Source: Botryllus schlosseri (Eukaryota). Taken from it: 64,000 bases of DNA. The DNA is taken from NCBI GenBank assembly GCA_051294905.1, contig CM119371.1, positions 28,088,001 through 28,152,000 of the forward strand, given 5' to 3'. Below, in pieces: positions 26,101 through 38,452 of the stretch (the stretch's first letter is position 1; each line of letters begins with the position of its first letter). The notes beneath the pieces were generated by a model that saw nothing but the letters and a program-made list of their open reading frames with translations, did no database searches and was not told the DNA's origin. The translations under genes were made by a program, and so were the position numbers.

Positions 26101-27425
26101 ATCTTTTCATTACATCGCAATCTTGTGGTGCATTGATTAGATTAAAAATAATAATAAAATGATATCGATGATAATAACAACTATGCGATGTAAACTCTGT
26201 ATGATCGTAACGGATTATTTCGAAAATAGCAGCTATTTTCATGGCCATTAGTTAATCTGTAGTTTTGGCATTCTCTGAAAATCAGTGCTAATACTTGGTA
26301 TCAATTAGAAATTACCGGTTTTATATTTGTTGTTGTTGTTGTTGTTGCTGTTGTAGTTCTACTTCTAGTTGAGTACTAGCAATAACTACTTTGGCCACCT
26401 CGGGGTGTGTTGTAGCGAAATAAGATCTTCTGTGGTGACGAAGCGTATTTTCATGCTGAAATAATTTGAAACTTTTGGCGCGATAAATAATGAAAGGCTT
26501 ATGTATCAGTCAATCAGACCTTGTTATTTAAAACTGCTGGTAAATCTTGACAATTACACGTTCGTATGAAACCGTGTATGCATATTGAGCCAACCTGGAC
26601 CATGTTCAGATGTGGTTAGTAATGAAATCCGTTAAGATTAGTGAATTAGCCTGCTCAGTAGGAGTTGTTCATTTTGACTATAGTAGCCCACTCGCGTGCT
26701 CAAGTAGAATATTCCCCCGCCACTTACAACAGATTTCACCAAATTCACCTATGTTTCGTGTTGTTGATGAAGCTTTCGTGTAGAAAATAGTATTTCGGTA
26801 GATTAGCATCACTGTCACGAGGGTAATTGCATAACAACCATGCGATGTAGACTCTGTGTGATGGCATCGAAATGTTTGAAAACAGCAGCAATTTCCGTGG
26901 TCATTAGTCCAGAGCTGGTCAAAGTAGTCACTCCCGCTACTCAAGTAGAAGTATAAGCAACGCCGTAATTTTTTACTGAAATATTCCAAGTCTAGTTTTG
27001 CCTAGAAAACTGAAAACTGTCTAGCTCTAGCAGATGCACAAAAAGCCTAAAATAATAACCACTTTAAGAAGCAGTGCAGGTAAACAGATTCTACTTGAAG
27101 CACATCGAATGTAGAAGCACTTCGTTACTGCCTACCTATGCGTTGGTCATTCTGCGCTGATCGTGAAGATGCATATATAATATACCTTCAGACTACTTAC
27201 TTACACGTGTCTACTTGACCGCATGTGGCTCTGTTCTATCGAATAGTGATCTTGTCGTTTGTTCTTGTAGTTGTTGTGGTATTCATGGTTCTTGTCGACT
27301 ACTATAGTGCACTATGCCAATTTCCATCATTTTTATTCAGTAGCTGCGGACTTGTAGCACGGCAAACTTCAAGACTTTTGTAACACACCGCCTACATGGA
27401 TGGAACGGTGACGAGGAGTCTATAT

Positions 27426-28587
27426 CAGGGGTCACCTTGCACGCGGCGCGCGACCTGATTTGAAATTTCGGAAGAATGCTTAGTAAAGCATTTTAAAATT
27501 CTGAAATTGGAGATTGGAGATTGGAGATTGGAGATTGTTTCCAAGCAAACAACTAACGTCAATATCGATTCTTTAGTCCAGGGGGGGGCAGCCTTCTGCA
27601 GTAGAAGATAAATTATATGCCCCCGTCGATACTTCCTTATATTACAGTGGTTCCCAACCTGGGGGCGCGCCACCCTTGGGGGCGTGAAAGCTCTGAAGGG
27701 GGTGCAAAAAAGCGGTCAACTGAAAAAAAAATTCGCGCATTGCGCGATTTACCTCCAATTCATGCGTGTTTCTCTATATATACACCGAATTTCATATTTT
27801 TCAATTCTCTCATCAACAGTTAACCTTCCATGCCATGAACAATCTGTTGGGGTTGCTAGCATCCCGGTTGGACTTTGTGATATGACAATAAGGGGCGTGA
27901 AATTTTACACGATCATTAAGGGGGGCGTGTCTAAAAAAGGTTGGGAACCACTTAATTAGGATGTGTTGGCTGCCGTCAATATGCGAATTGAATTTACGAA
28001 TTGACTTCCTAATTAATGAGAGGTTTGAAGTATTCTTGAAATCTCCTTCGCTCTATGCGTGGTCCAATGCGAGTTGATTCTCGATTTTAATATAGTATTA
28101 TATTGGCCTTTGTAATCTAAGTCCCAAAGTACAGATGCGCACAGCAGAGGAAAATGAAGTGCCCCATCAAGAATTACCAATTTGCAATCGTTTTCTCGTC
28201 ATCACGAAGGAAATCTATTTCTGGTAGGCGTAAATTTGGGTGAATCCAAAATCTATCCACTAATCCGACAATCCTGATGGGAGGTCAAGACACAACAGCA
28301 TGCGACAAAGGGAACTAATAGCAATTGGCCCAATCAAAGATGCAGCACCGCAGCATTAATAACTTCCCAAAATTTTCGAAGACATCCCCTGCATCAACTC
28401 TACCGGTGAATCTGATCACATGGGCTGAGAAAGGACGTATATTTGATAGTAATATGTGAAACTATACTTATATTATTGACGAAATTCAATCATGGATAAC
28501 AATAAATTTTCGCGCTTGCGCAACTACGAAACGCGCATACGAATTTCGAAATGTGGCCCGCGACCCATTTTGAGTTGGCGACCCCTG
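27426..28587. mobile_element. hAT MITE upstream of ZF1, containing a second MITE (27645-27953)
   Basis: TIR caggggtc(a/g)cc; TSD gtctatat/gtctaaat; empty site at ~41478 in the paralogous block. Confidence 0.88.
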
Positions 28588-28847
28588 GTCTAAATAAATC
28601 TCGAACACTTGGTTAGGAATTCTGGAGTCCAGCTCGGTCGGACTCAAACCCGCAATCCATTGGTGTTAAAAATGTGGGCTATATCACTATATGAAATCTC
28701 GCTACCTATAGAGATCTTATGTGACTTGAAAAGAGACTTTTCATGTAATCTTATGTTCATTTTAGAACGCTGCATTAGACAGGATTACATTATATTAAAT
28801 TATAGAGGCAGTGCAGTTAATAACAAAAAATTTTGGCCAAGTCGGAA

Positions 28848-30068
28848 ATGACCCATTCTCAAAGTCATAATGACCGCAATGAAAATAAATGCAAGGTTTG
28901 CGGAGAAGGATTCATCAACCGGTCTAGCTTGGGACTACATATGAAATTTCACGCTGCACTCAACGACTTTGAGTGCTACATGTGCGGAAAATCATTCGCC
29001 ACCAAATATAGCATGAAAATGCACATGAAAATTCACTCCGTTTCGAAAGAGTTTGAGTGCGACATATGTGGAAAAAGCTTTTTGCAAAAATCATGCCTGA
29101 AAACTCATTTTACGCGCCACACGGGAAAGAAAGACTATAAGTGCGACATATGCGGGAAGACATTCAGCAGCAACTCCCAAATGAGAGGACACGAAAAAAA
29201 TCATTCCGCAGTAAAACAGTTTGAGTGCGAAATCTGCGGGAATGGCTTCGTAAGCAAGTCTACTTTTAGGGAACATTATTTGCGTCATACAGGAGCGGCG
29301 AAAGATCACGAGTGTCAAATATGCGGGAAAGGTTTCGAGAAAAAATCGAACCTGGAAACACATTATTTGATTCACACCGGAGAAAAAGAACACAAGTGCG
29401 ACATCTGCGGGAAAGCTTTTCGTAAGAAGTCGCACATTAGGGAGCACATGAAGAGGATACACTCAAATACGAGAGAATATGAGTGCGATATATGCGGGGA
29501 AACTTTTGTGCACGGGTCTCACCTGAAATATCACTATTCCGTCCACATGGGACCAGGATACCTTTGTGAAGTATGTGGGAAACCGTTTGTTATCAAATCC
29601 AAGATGAGAAGACATATGAATAGTATGCACTTCGGATTGAAAGAATTTGAGTGCGACATATGTGCGAGACCATTCGCCGCGAAATCCGTCATGAGAAGAC
29701 ACATGAAACTTCACGCCGGATTGAAGGAGTGCGAATGTGAGATTTGTGGTAAAGCATTCCATTCGAAGTCGTACGCACAGAGACACACTGAGTCGGCTCA
29801 CTTAGAAGCGAAAGGATATGAGTGCGACACATGCGGCAGTGTCTTTCGACATAAGTCTAACCTCGTAGCTCACTACTTCATCCACATGGAAAAGAATTAC
29901 CCGTGTGCAATATGTGGGAAACTATTCAATGTCAAATCCTCATTGAAAAAACACACCAAGATTCACTTGGGAGTAAAAGACTATGAGTGCGAGATTTGCG
30001 GAAGGACATTTGGTTCAAGGAGTTGTATTGTCCGTCACTTTCGAGTTCACGGAATCGACAGGAAGTAA
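28848..30068 (+). CDS. Tandem C2H2 zinc-finger protein ZF1 (14 fingers, ~406 aa, single exon, no visible effector domain)
   Basis: Uninterrupted ORF with 14 C-x2-C-x12-H-x3/4-H units and TGEK-like linkers. ATG at 28848 aligns with the ATG of both paralogs; in-frame TAA at 28821 upstream. Confidence 0.93.
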   Translation: MTHSQSHNDRNENKCKVCGEGFINRSSLGLHMKFHAALNDFECYMCGKSFATKYSMKMHMKIHSVSKEFECDICGKSFLQKSCLKTHFTRHTGKKDYKCDICGKTFSSNSQMRGHEKNHSAVKQFECEICGNGFVSKSTFREHYLRHTGAAKDHECQICGKGFEKKSNLETHYLIHTGEKEHKCDICGKAFRKKSHIREHMKRIHSNTREYECDICGETFVHGSHLKYHYSVHMGPGYLCEVCGKPFVIKSKMRRHMNSMHFGLKEFECDICARPFAAKSVMRRHMKLHAGLKECECEICGKAFHSKSYAQRHTESAHLEAKGYECDTCGSVFRHKSNLVAHYFIHMEKNYPCAICGKLFNVKSSLKKHTKIHLGVKDYECEICGRTFGSRSCIVRHFRVHGIDRK

Positions 30069-31823
30069 GGATGCGATCAGTCCGTAAAACAATTCAGAGG
30101 CGGGTCTCTTAAAAAAGAAATTACTTATCTAGATGGCCTGGTCCTATACAATTGAATTAGTCACATTCAGACGACTGAAATTGGAATCTAACAGGACTAC
30201 AATGACCGTGTTATTTTCAAATATACATTGGGGACTAGCCTACATGATATTAACAAGAGCAATGGAATTCCACGCTCACGCTCGCTGATAGTCAGTGAGC
30301 GTTACTTATGAGGATTTATCGACGATTCGTACTTCGAGTTCTTTTCCCCTTTGTGATTCAGAACCATTCCGTATCGTCAGACTTGTACAAACAACTTGAT
30401 TTTCAAATAGCGCAACTGAAACTAGAACTACATCGCAACTATAACTAGAATTAGAACTACCCAATTTCCAAAATCCGCAACTAGAACTAGAACTACTCAC
30501 ATTTCAAAACCCGCAACTAGAATTCGAACTAACAAGATTAGAAAATCTCCAACTATACTAAAACACAACTAATAAATAGATCAGTGTTTCTTGACCGGTG
30601 TTTCCGGGTGCACAATCTAAGTAATGTATCAACCAGGGCTTTGGAGCAGCCGTAAATTTAAACTGCTCCAGCTCCGGCGCTCTCTTCTATCATACATTAG
30701 CTCCGGCTGCAGCTCCGGAGCCGCATTATAACCACTGCTCCGGCTCCGGCTCTGAAATTATCGAATAGTCCTGTCTATATCAGGGGTGGCTTACAAATGT
30801 GGCCCGCGAGAGGGTTTTGCGTGGCCCGCGAGGTAATGTCCTATCATATTATCGAAAATGAATTGCTCAGATTGTGAACTTGCAATGCCAACCAAAAATT
30901 ACAATTCTGGCTGCGACACTTGGGATGTTGATGACTAAGATATCAATTCCGACGCATTGGCAGATCCAGGGTCGAGTAACATTTTCAGTAAATCGTCGTA
31001 CATTACAATAAACTAAAATGATAGCGAATTTTTTCTTCACACTTCGCGTGTTTAATTGTTACACGATTTCTTGCTTGGTGGGCTACCCCCTACTGAAAAT
31101 GAAAAAAAAACGCCTGATTTACCCGATTGAGTCTAAGGCCCTTTTCATACCGGGGTGCCGGGAATAACATTTCTCGAAAATGTTTACCGGAACCTCTCTA
31201 TGTGAACATAACACTGGTGTTTCGGGGCGGTATGAACGCACTTATTTTCGGAGATTTTTACGGGACCGACTGAGTATGAACACGAATGGCGCAGCTGGGT
31301 TCCCAGAACGCTGTCAATCAAACTTTTAGTTACGGTAACGCGCTGTTCATTCCGACTGCTTGTATTTCGAGGTCAGCTACCTGCGGCATTTTGATCTTCT
31401 AGTGTAATGGTGTTGGGAATGTATTATTCTTGGATTTATATTCTGTATGCTCACAATACGTAGTCACTGACTACTAGTCAGCTTCTTTTTGCTGTGGTTT
31501 TGTAAACAGAGCACGGCTAAAAAGGTAGAACACCATCTCCAAATGATGCAGCATTGGGTGAGTTGCCTGAAAACTTTAGTAGGACTAATTTGTTACATCA
31601 AAGGCTAGTTTCTAACCACGGATATGTTGTGCGTAGGTTAGTCACCGTCATATACCCCTACTGAAAAGAGGATTTAGTAACATCTGCTTTGATAGTGGCA
31701 GCACAGCAGAGAATGATGTCCTTAGCTCTGAATCACTAACCAAAATTGAAATTGTATCAACGGGCTGGTAAACCATCGTACATCATCCAAGCCATAATTT
31801 GGTTTTCACCTATGCCTTCATTA

Positions 31824-32410
31824 TAGAAATTAAACATGGAACGGCAACGACCGATTTTGCAGCTTCGTTCCGCTTCGCCGAGGCTGGAGTGGAGAGTGGT
31901 TTTGCGTAAGTTGACTGTAGGATTTCTGGCAATCCAAAAGCTATCTTCCCGAGCACAGAAATTATTGAATCTGGTCTTGATCGAAAGCCACTGTTGCACC
32001 GATTCCGAAAATATAAAGTAAAATAATGATCAGGCACTGATCCACCTAGAATCCGTCCTCCAAGTCGAAATATCGGCATTGTTCGAACAATCGGAGAGTC
32101 GCAACGGGTCATTGTTATGGTCATTGTGTTGCGGTTACCCGATTTTTCTGAACAATGCCGATATTTCAGACTTGGAGGGCAGATTCTAGGTGGATCAGTG
32201 CGTGATCATTATTTAAATTTATATTTTCGGAATCAGTGCAACAGTAGCTTTCGATCAAGACCAGATTCAATAATTTCTGCGCTCGGGAAGATAGCTTTTG
32301 GATTGCCAGAAATCCTACAGTCGCTTACGCAAAACAATTCTCCTCTCCAGCCTCTGCGAAGCGGAACGAAGCTGCAAAATCGGTCGTTGCCGTTCCATGT
32401 TTAATTTCTA
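31824..32410. mobile_element. Near-perfect hairpin MITE (~280-bp arms, ~22-bp loop), TA-flanked
   Basis: tagaaattaaacatggaacggcaacgaccgattttgcagc... and its reverse complement ending at 32410. Confidence 0.88.
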
Positions 32411-32817
32411 TAGTTACAACCAAGTCATTCCTTTGTTATGCAATGCTAGGCAAGTGTAACTTAATCTGATCTTTCCGCAGGTCTAGATGGAGGATACTGA
32501 TGAAAAAGGTGGAACTGTGCAAGTGTGCATTAAAGTTTCTCTCATGAATAAAATGAAACAGCACAAACACATCTGGTTAAGCAAGAGCATTGTTTATTGA
32601 GAAAGTCACACAGGGCATTTCCGACGTCTGGGCCAGCGATACTTGGATCACCACCAGGACTTCATTGCGTATACCATCCTCTGTATCATTCTGGCCTTAA
32701 CGGATTGCAGTTTCTGAGAAAAGCCGGACACCGCGCCTTCAGTCGACCAAAATCTTTCAACCTTCATGTGTGCTTTGCTAAGTTTCTGAAAAAGCAATTG
32801 TGAATTTAAGGGCAGCA

Positions 32818-33088
32818 TCATCATCATTGGTTTATTAGCAATTTTATCAGTTCAATACACCACAAAAAATGCGATACAATGAATAGACAGGAAGATGTCG
32901 AAGCGACTTGGATTTGTCAATGGAATCGGACACCCACCTTGGCCTAGGCGTAGTAAAGAGGAGGCATGCACACTGAATGAAAGTAAAGAATACAGTATAG
33001 AAAAAGAAAGCGACAAGAAATAGGGCGGCATGTCATGGGAAGCGAGATCGATAGGTCAGTCGTGGTCCGGTAATCTTGAGGATGGACT
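32818..33088 (-). mobile_element. 5'-truncated LINE 3' end (related to the 21620-24930 LINE) with (ATG)n tail
   Basis: Aligns with ~21700-21890; absent from the duplicated copy at ~33455. Confidence 0.78.
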
Positions 33089-33776
33089 GCAGAAAGAAAT
33101 TTATATTACATATTTGAAATTAGCTTCAGTTTATGCTCTGTTTGTGTTTCAGGGAAAAGGCTTCATGAGCCGAGGCTGAAAGGGATAGGCTGCGTCATCA
33201 GTTATGTAGGCTAGTACGGAAACCTCTGGCTTCCAATCATTAAGTCATCCTGACAAACTTGAATGCAGCAAATGCATGTTTGGTACAAATGTTGCTGTGG
33301 TAATTTTTTACCCACCCATCCTCTGTATCATTCTGGCCTTAGCGGATTGCAGTTTCTGAGAAAAGCCGGACACCGCGCCTTCAGTCGACCAAAATCTTTC
33401 AACCTTCATGTGTGCTTTGCTAAGTTTCTGAAAACGCAATTGTGAATTTTAAGGGCAGCAGAAAGAAATTTATATTACATATTTGAAATTAGCTTCAGCT
33501 TATGCTCTGTTCGTGTTTCAGGGAAAAGGCTTCATGAGCCGAGGCTGAAAGGGATAGGCTGCGTCATCAGTTATGTAGGCTAGTACAGAAACCTCTGGCT
33601 TCCAATCATGAAGTCATCCTGACAAACTTGAATGCAGCAAATGCATGTTTGGTACAAATGTTGCTGTGGTAATTTTTTACCCATCCACAACACTCAGACT
33701 TGTACAAAGTACTGGAATTTTAAAATGCGCAACTTTAACTACCCAACTACCCAATTTTTCAAACTAGCAACTAGAA

Positions 33777-34404
33777 CAGGGGTGGTCAACCTTTTCAGCC
33801 AAAGGGCCACATTCGATGACGAACTATTGTGCGGCCCACTAGGCGCGCGCCAGACGCGAAAATTTTTTGAAGTTGATAAATTAATAATATTGTCACTTGA
33901 CTATATTGGAAGCCTGCAAGGACTGGACTATTCGGCACCTGGACATATCGATATCGAAAGCTTCGTCCAACATGCGTCAATCATTTTTTGCCTAGGTTTC
34001 ATAGTCGATGGTATTTCTGCGAGCGTAATCGGGAGGTCGCGAATATATATAGTTAGACTCAATCTGATACATTAGGCGTTCTTTCATTTTCACAAAGGGG
34101 TAACAATAAGCAAGAAATCGAGTTACAAGATGTTGCGCTAAGCGTGTAGAAAAATTTTACTTTTGATAAATCTATCGCAAAGTATTCTGCTTTATTGTAG
34201 TGTACGAAGATCAACCAAAATGTGACTGGCTCATAGATCTACCAATGCGTCGGAACTGATATTTCAGTCATCATATCTCAAGTGTTGCGGCCGGACTAAT
34301 CAAATTTTTTATTGGCCTTACAAGTTCACAATCTGTGCAATCCATTTTTGATAATACTACTTATTTCGGAAATTCACTCGCGAGCCACGGGTAGGCCGGC
34401 CCTG
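33777..34404. mobile_element. hAT MITE of the 30781-36514 family, inverted; deepest nesting level
   Basis: caggggtggtcaacc ... ggccggccctg; perfect TSD aactagaa, within an ACTAGA-repeat element starting at 33696. Confidence 0.85.
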
Positions 34405-34854
34405 AACTAGAACTACCAACTTCTCAAAATCTGCAATTAGAACTAGAACTACTCACTTTCAAATATCCGCAACTATAGAACCAGAAAGTATTCACTTTTT
34501 CAAATCCACAACTAGAACTACTTAGTTTTAGTAACCAAAACCAACTAAATGAGTGAGCCGGGTCACAAGTCACACCAAGTAACAAGTCGATCCCACTTTA
34601 ATAGTTTTGACTAGATTCAAGTCGAGTCATTTTCAATTCACCACCGAGTCAAATCCGAGTCCAACTCATCGAGCAGAGCGTCGAGTTCGAGTCATGGTTT
34701 TATGACTCGAGTCCGAGTCCAAGTCATTGTGTTGACTGCTCAGTTTCCAGTTTAAGTCTATTTTCCATCAATTCTTGTAGTGGTATGCTACGGTATGCTA
34801 TTCAAAAACTGGCTGTCATTCTGCCATGACAAATATAGAAATATTACTATGCAC

Positions 34855-35362
34855 TAGGGATGGGCAAAATCGGGTACCTGAGTGATTCGATTCTGAATCA
34901 CTTATTACGCTTCGAGTCGAGTATCAGTTCAGTATCATCATGATGACATCACAATACAATGTACTATGCCAAAATTCAAATGTGTAGGCTACCTTTTATG
35001 CCACCACAAAGAACATAACGCCTACTGTCCGTCACATTAAAGATACTTTGGTGTTTTTTCGACCATACCGATTTCATTGCACTGCTTGACAGTGTTACGG
35101 GATGATCATGACTTCGGAAATGTGTTATTTCCAGCAACGTTCGTAGCTTTGTACTATATCTCGTATGTTGCAACACGGCCAATCAAGGTTTCAAGGCTTA
35201 CTCAGTGGAAAATAGTATCAAAACTACGGTATAATTCTCATTAGTAAATCAACTTTCAGTATAATTTTAGTACTCGAAAAATAGTATTTTACTACTCGAC
35301 TCGAATCAATAAAGTTGATGCTCGATTCAGATTCGAGTACTCAATCATTGTGGCTAGCCCTA
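34855..35362. mobile_element. hAT MITE with gattcga/gagtac repeats
   Basis: tagggatgggc ... ggctagcccta; degenerate TSD ctatgcac/ctataggcac. Confidence 0.65.
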
Positions 35363-37896
35363 CTATAGGCACCAGCAATTATTTTTATTAAAATCAACTT
35401 GTGACAGTTGCCTTCATAAAATACATCTGATGTTTACCTGGATCTATAAACGATTGGCTTCATTGGCTAGCCTCCAAAGAGCGACAGCTACTCAGCAATC
35501 AAGAGAAATTGAGTTCGTATAATTTGCTGGCTGCTTTTCGTTATGGTCTCGAAGCTTGTTGCAGAGTATACCAAATGTTTCTCTCACGGATTTCTAGAAT
35601 TCCCTGGTTTCTCTGTACAGTATACATAAGATTAGATTTACCAAAACCATTATACAGCAACCACAAAGATAAACTGACTTTGTCGTACGCAGATGTGATC
35701 GGTGGTTCTTTTCATTCCAGGACTCTATCCTCTTTGCTGGCTTTCAGTTTCTACTCTCAGCTTCGGTTGATAATATACAAGCCATGAACATGCTCGGGCT
35801 CTATTACTGATACAGGTATATTGAGTATAGAGCCCCATACTCCATACACATCGAGAAGGCATATCCGCAACATCCCATAGCAAAAAGTTGGAGCCAATTT
35901 CTCCGCATCTCACGAATATGCCTCTTTCACGTCGTTTTCCACAAGCATATTACAACTGGAACACCCCACAGACATGGTTTCGTAACTGTCAACAAACACT
36001 TACGGAGAATCGCGTTCATACTGGCCATAATTTCCCGCGAATTTACCGAAAAAACGACCTGTATGAACAGAAGTTCGCGGTAACTCTAAATAGGTATGAA
36101 CGCGCTCATTTCCCGGAACTGTTTCGGTAATTTTTTCTCTATGTGAACATCGCCTGTTTCGGAACTTGTTCCCGAAAGAGTTTCGTAAATCCGGTATGAA
36201 AAGGGCCTAACTGTATTCGCAATTATGGAAGAAAGTCTTTTCGCGGTTGCGCTCGCATAAAATCATCGACGGTGAAATGTAGGCATAAAATGATTGTCGC
36301 ATATTATCGGAGGCCTTCGATATCGATGTGTCCAGACGCCGAATAGTCGTGTCCTTGCAAACTGAGTCTAGCGGGTGGTATACAATAGACCCGCAATACT
36401 CACCTAGTTTATTTATAAACTTAGAAAGTTTTACCGGCTTGGCGTGGCTAGTGGACCGCGCACTCGTTCGTCAATTGCATCTGCCCCTTTAGCCGTAAAG
36501 GTTGGCCATTCCTGGTCTATATAGATTACTAATCTACTAATAGGTTAGTTATCTATAGTAATCAGAGTCCGTCAGCCGTCAGTAACATCCGATGTAGCAA
36601 CAAAGACATATAGGGGCCGGCTTGTGACTTCATACTGAATACTTGTCAATTGTCGACAACATCATAGTTCCACTAGAACGCAATTTACTCCATGCCATTG
36701 CTGTGCACAACATTAAAATTCAGGCCTGGTGGCTGGCGTTCAATTATGATAAATCAGCAGATGTGGTTGTTGTATATATAATAGCATTTTATGAAATAGG
36801 TCGGAGCCGGAGCTACTCCTCAAATAACGGGCTCCAGCTCCGGCTCCGGCTAAATTTTATGTAGAGCTCCAGCTCCGGCTCCAGCTCCGGTGAAAATGCA
36901 CGGCTCCGGGGCTCCGGCTCCGGGCTCCGGCTCCGGCTCCAAAGCCCTGGTATCAACTGTGTAGTTATTCAGTAATGCAGTGTTGGGACGACTCGAGTCA
37001 TTGAACGCTCTCTCATTCGAAATTTCATGCTGGTGACGTCATATTCTGTGGTACGATTGTTGATGTTCGTCGTATGCGTAATCTCTATTTTAAAAAAGAA
37101 ATCGATATGACATGGGTAAATTTAAGTCGGGATTATGACATATAAGCGCGCAGTTACTTGATCGGCTGAGGCTCCGAGAAGTCGAATTAGGAAAACCTGC
37201 CAGTGAAACCACCAAAACAACAGAACCATATTACCACGCTACACACCGCTCGGGATATTGACCAAGCTCTAACATTCTATACATTTTGGTGTCTTAATTT
37301 AATAGAATGAAGTGTCTGGGGGTTGGTGTGATTAAAAACAGTTAACAATGTTTCTTGTTTACCATTGTTTTCAATAATTACGTGGCGTAAACAATAACAC
37401 ATCTACCTAGATCAGTGGTTCCCAACCTTTTTGTCTTCATTCCCCACTTCAGATTTATTCCGAGTCTTCATTCCCCACTACCCTAAATTATCGTCGTATT
37501 TCCTTTCAACTATTGTCATTGCGGGGCAGATATTTGTTTGTTTGAGTGCGCAAGACACACAACCACACCAGTACGCAAGACAATCGCCTATAACTGCAAC
37601 ATAAAACCTATTGTGAACAGATACAGGTAACCCTCCAAATTCAGCGAATTCTTTATTATACGTCATGGTCGTGCTCTATGCGTTTGTGACGCCATCATTG
37701 GTTATCCAGAGTCAATATGAGTTTTTGTGAACAACACGAAATACAACTTTCGATATACATACATTCCAGAGCAGTTAACTGGTAACGGTAATCGTTCATG
37801 TGTCTCCATAAATATGTAGACCATCCTGCATATAATGTAAACAAATGCGTCTATTCCCCACCAGAAACCATTAAATTCCCCACCGTTTGGGAACCA

Positions 37897-38452
37897 CTGG
37901 GTTGTAACCGAGTAACAAGTCAATCTCACTTATATAGTTTTGACTCGAGTCAAGTCGAGTCAATTCCAAGTCACCACCGAGTCAAGTCCGAGTCCAAGTC
38001 ACGGAGTAGCATGTCGAGTCCGAGTCATAGTGTTTTGACTCGAGTCCGAGTCCAAGTCATTGTGTTGACCGTTCAGTTCCGAGTTAATGTTACATGAAAC
38101 CAACTTTTTACAACTCTGCTCGGTGATATCGAATGCTTCGCACTCATAATATACTAATTTTTTTCACTTTTAACGGTTTCTGGTAACATATTCAAGTACC
38201 GGTACTGATAGACCAACAAATATTAGTGTAATAACTTCACTATTCTTCGAAAGTACAATTAAATGCCTGTCTCGGTAGGCCCATAGTCTCGAGTCATATG
38301 ACTTGGTCCAAGTCATGCGCAATGACTCGAGTACAAGTCGAGTCAATACACAAATTGACTCGAGTCGAGTCATTTTTCATTTTCAAGAAAATGACTCGAG
38401 TCAAGTCGAGTCGAGTCACCAAAAAATCGCGACTCGAGTCATTACAACCCTG
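37897..38452. mobile_element. hAT MITE of the GACTCGAGTC family
   Basis: ctgggttgtaac ... ttacaaccctg; full-length similarity to 53013-53591. Confidence 0.8.

Larger units (their letters stand above)
32592..35610 (-). pseudogene. Decayed Harbinger (HARBI1-like) DDE transposase, intron-containing
   Basis: Minus-strand fragments: RETFGILCNKLR..SISLDC*VAVALWRLAN (~35460-35590); YITDDAAYPFQPRLMKPFP (~33150-33215, duplicated ~33520-33585); KLSKAHMKVER/FGRLKAR and GNALCDFL (~32600-32787). Stops and frameshifts present. Confidence 0.85.
31137..36207. mobile_element. PIF/Harbinger transposon (5.07 kb including nested insertions)
   Basis: 17-bp perfect TIR ggcccttttcataccgg; TAA TSD; empty site gattgagtcTAActatac at ~56627. 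Confidence 0.94.
30781..36514. mobile_element. hAT (Charlie-type) MITE, second nesting level
   Basis: caggggtggc ... gccattcctg; perfect TSD gtctatat; uninterrupted sister copy at 56240-56930. Confidence 0.88.
30634..36949. mobile_element. hAT element with (GCTCCG)n subterminal repeats; outer shell of a deep nest
   Basis: 14-bp perfect TIR cagggctttggagc; perfect TSD gtatcaac; empty site at ~45873-45880. Confidence 0.93.

Noticed and set aside
29091..29801. Minus-strand ORFs overlapping ZF1 (and equivalents in ZF2 and ZF3)
   Set aside because: Typical antisense shadows of C2H2 codon usage; no independent motifs.
32482..32530. Plus-strand peptide SRWRILMKKVEL resembling a Harbinger transposase C-terminus
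   Set aside because: The ordered transposase motifs lie on the minus strand. This is probably chance or the end of the convergent second gene, which could not be identified as Myb/SANT.
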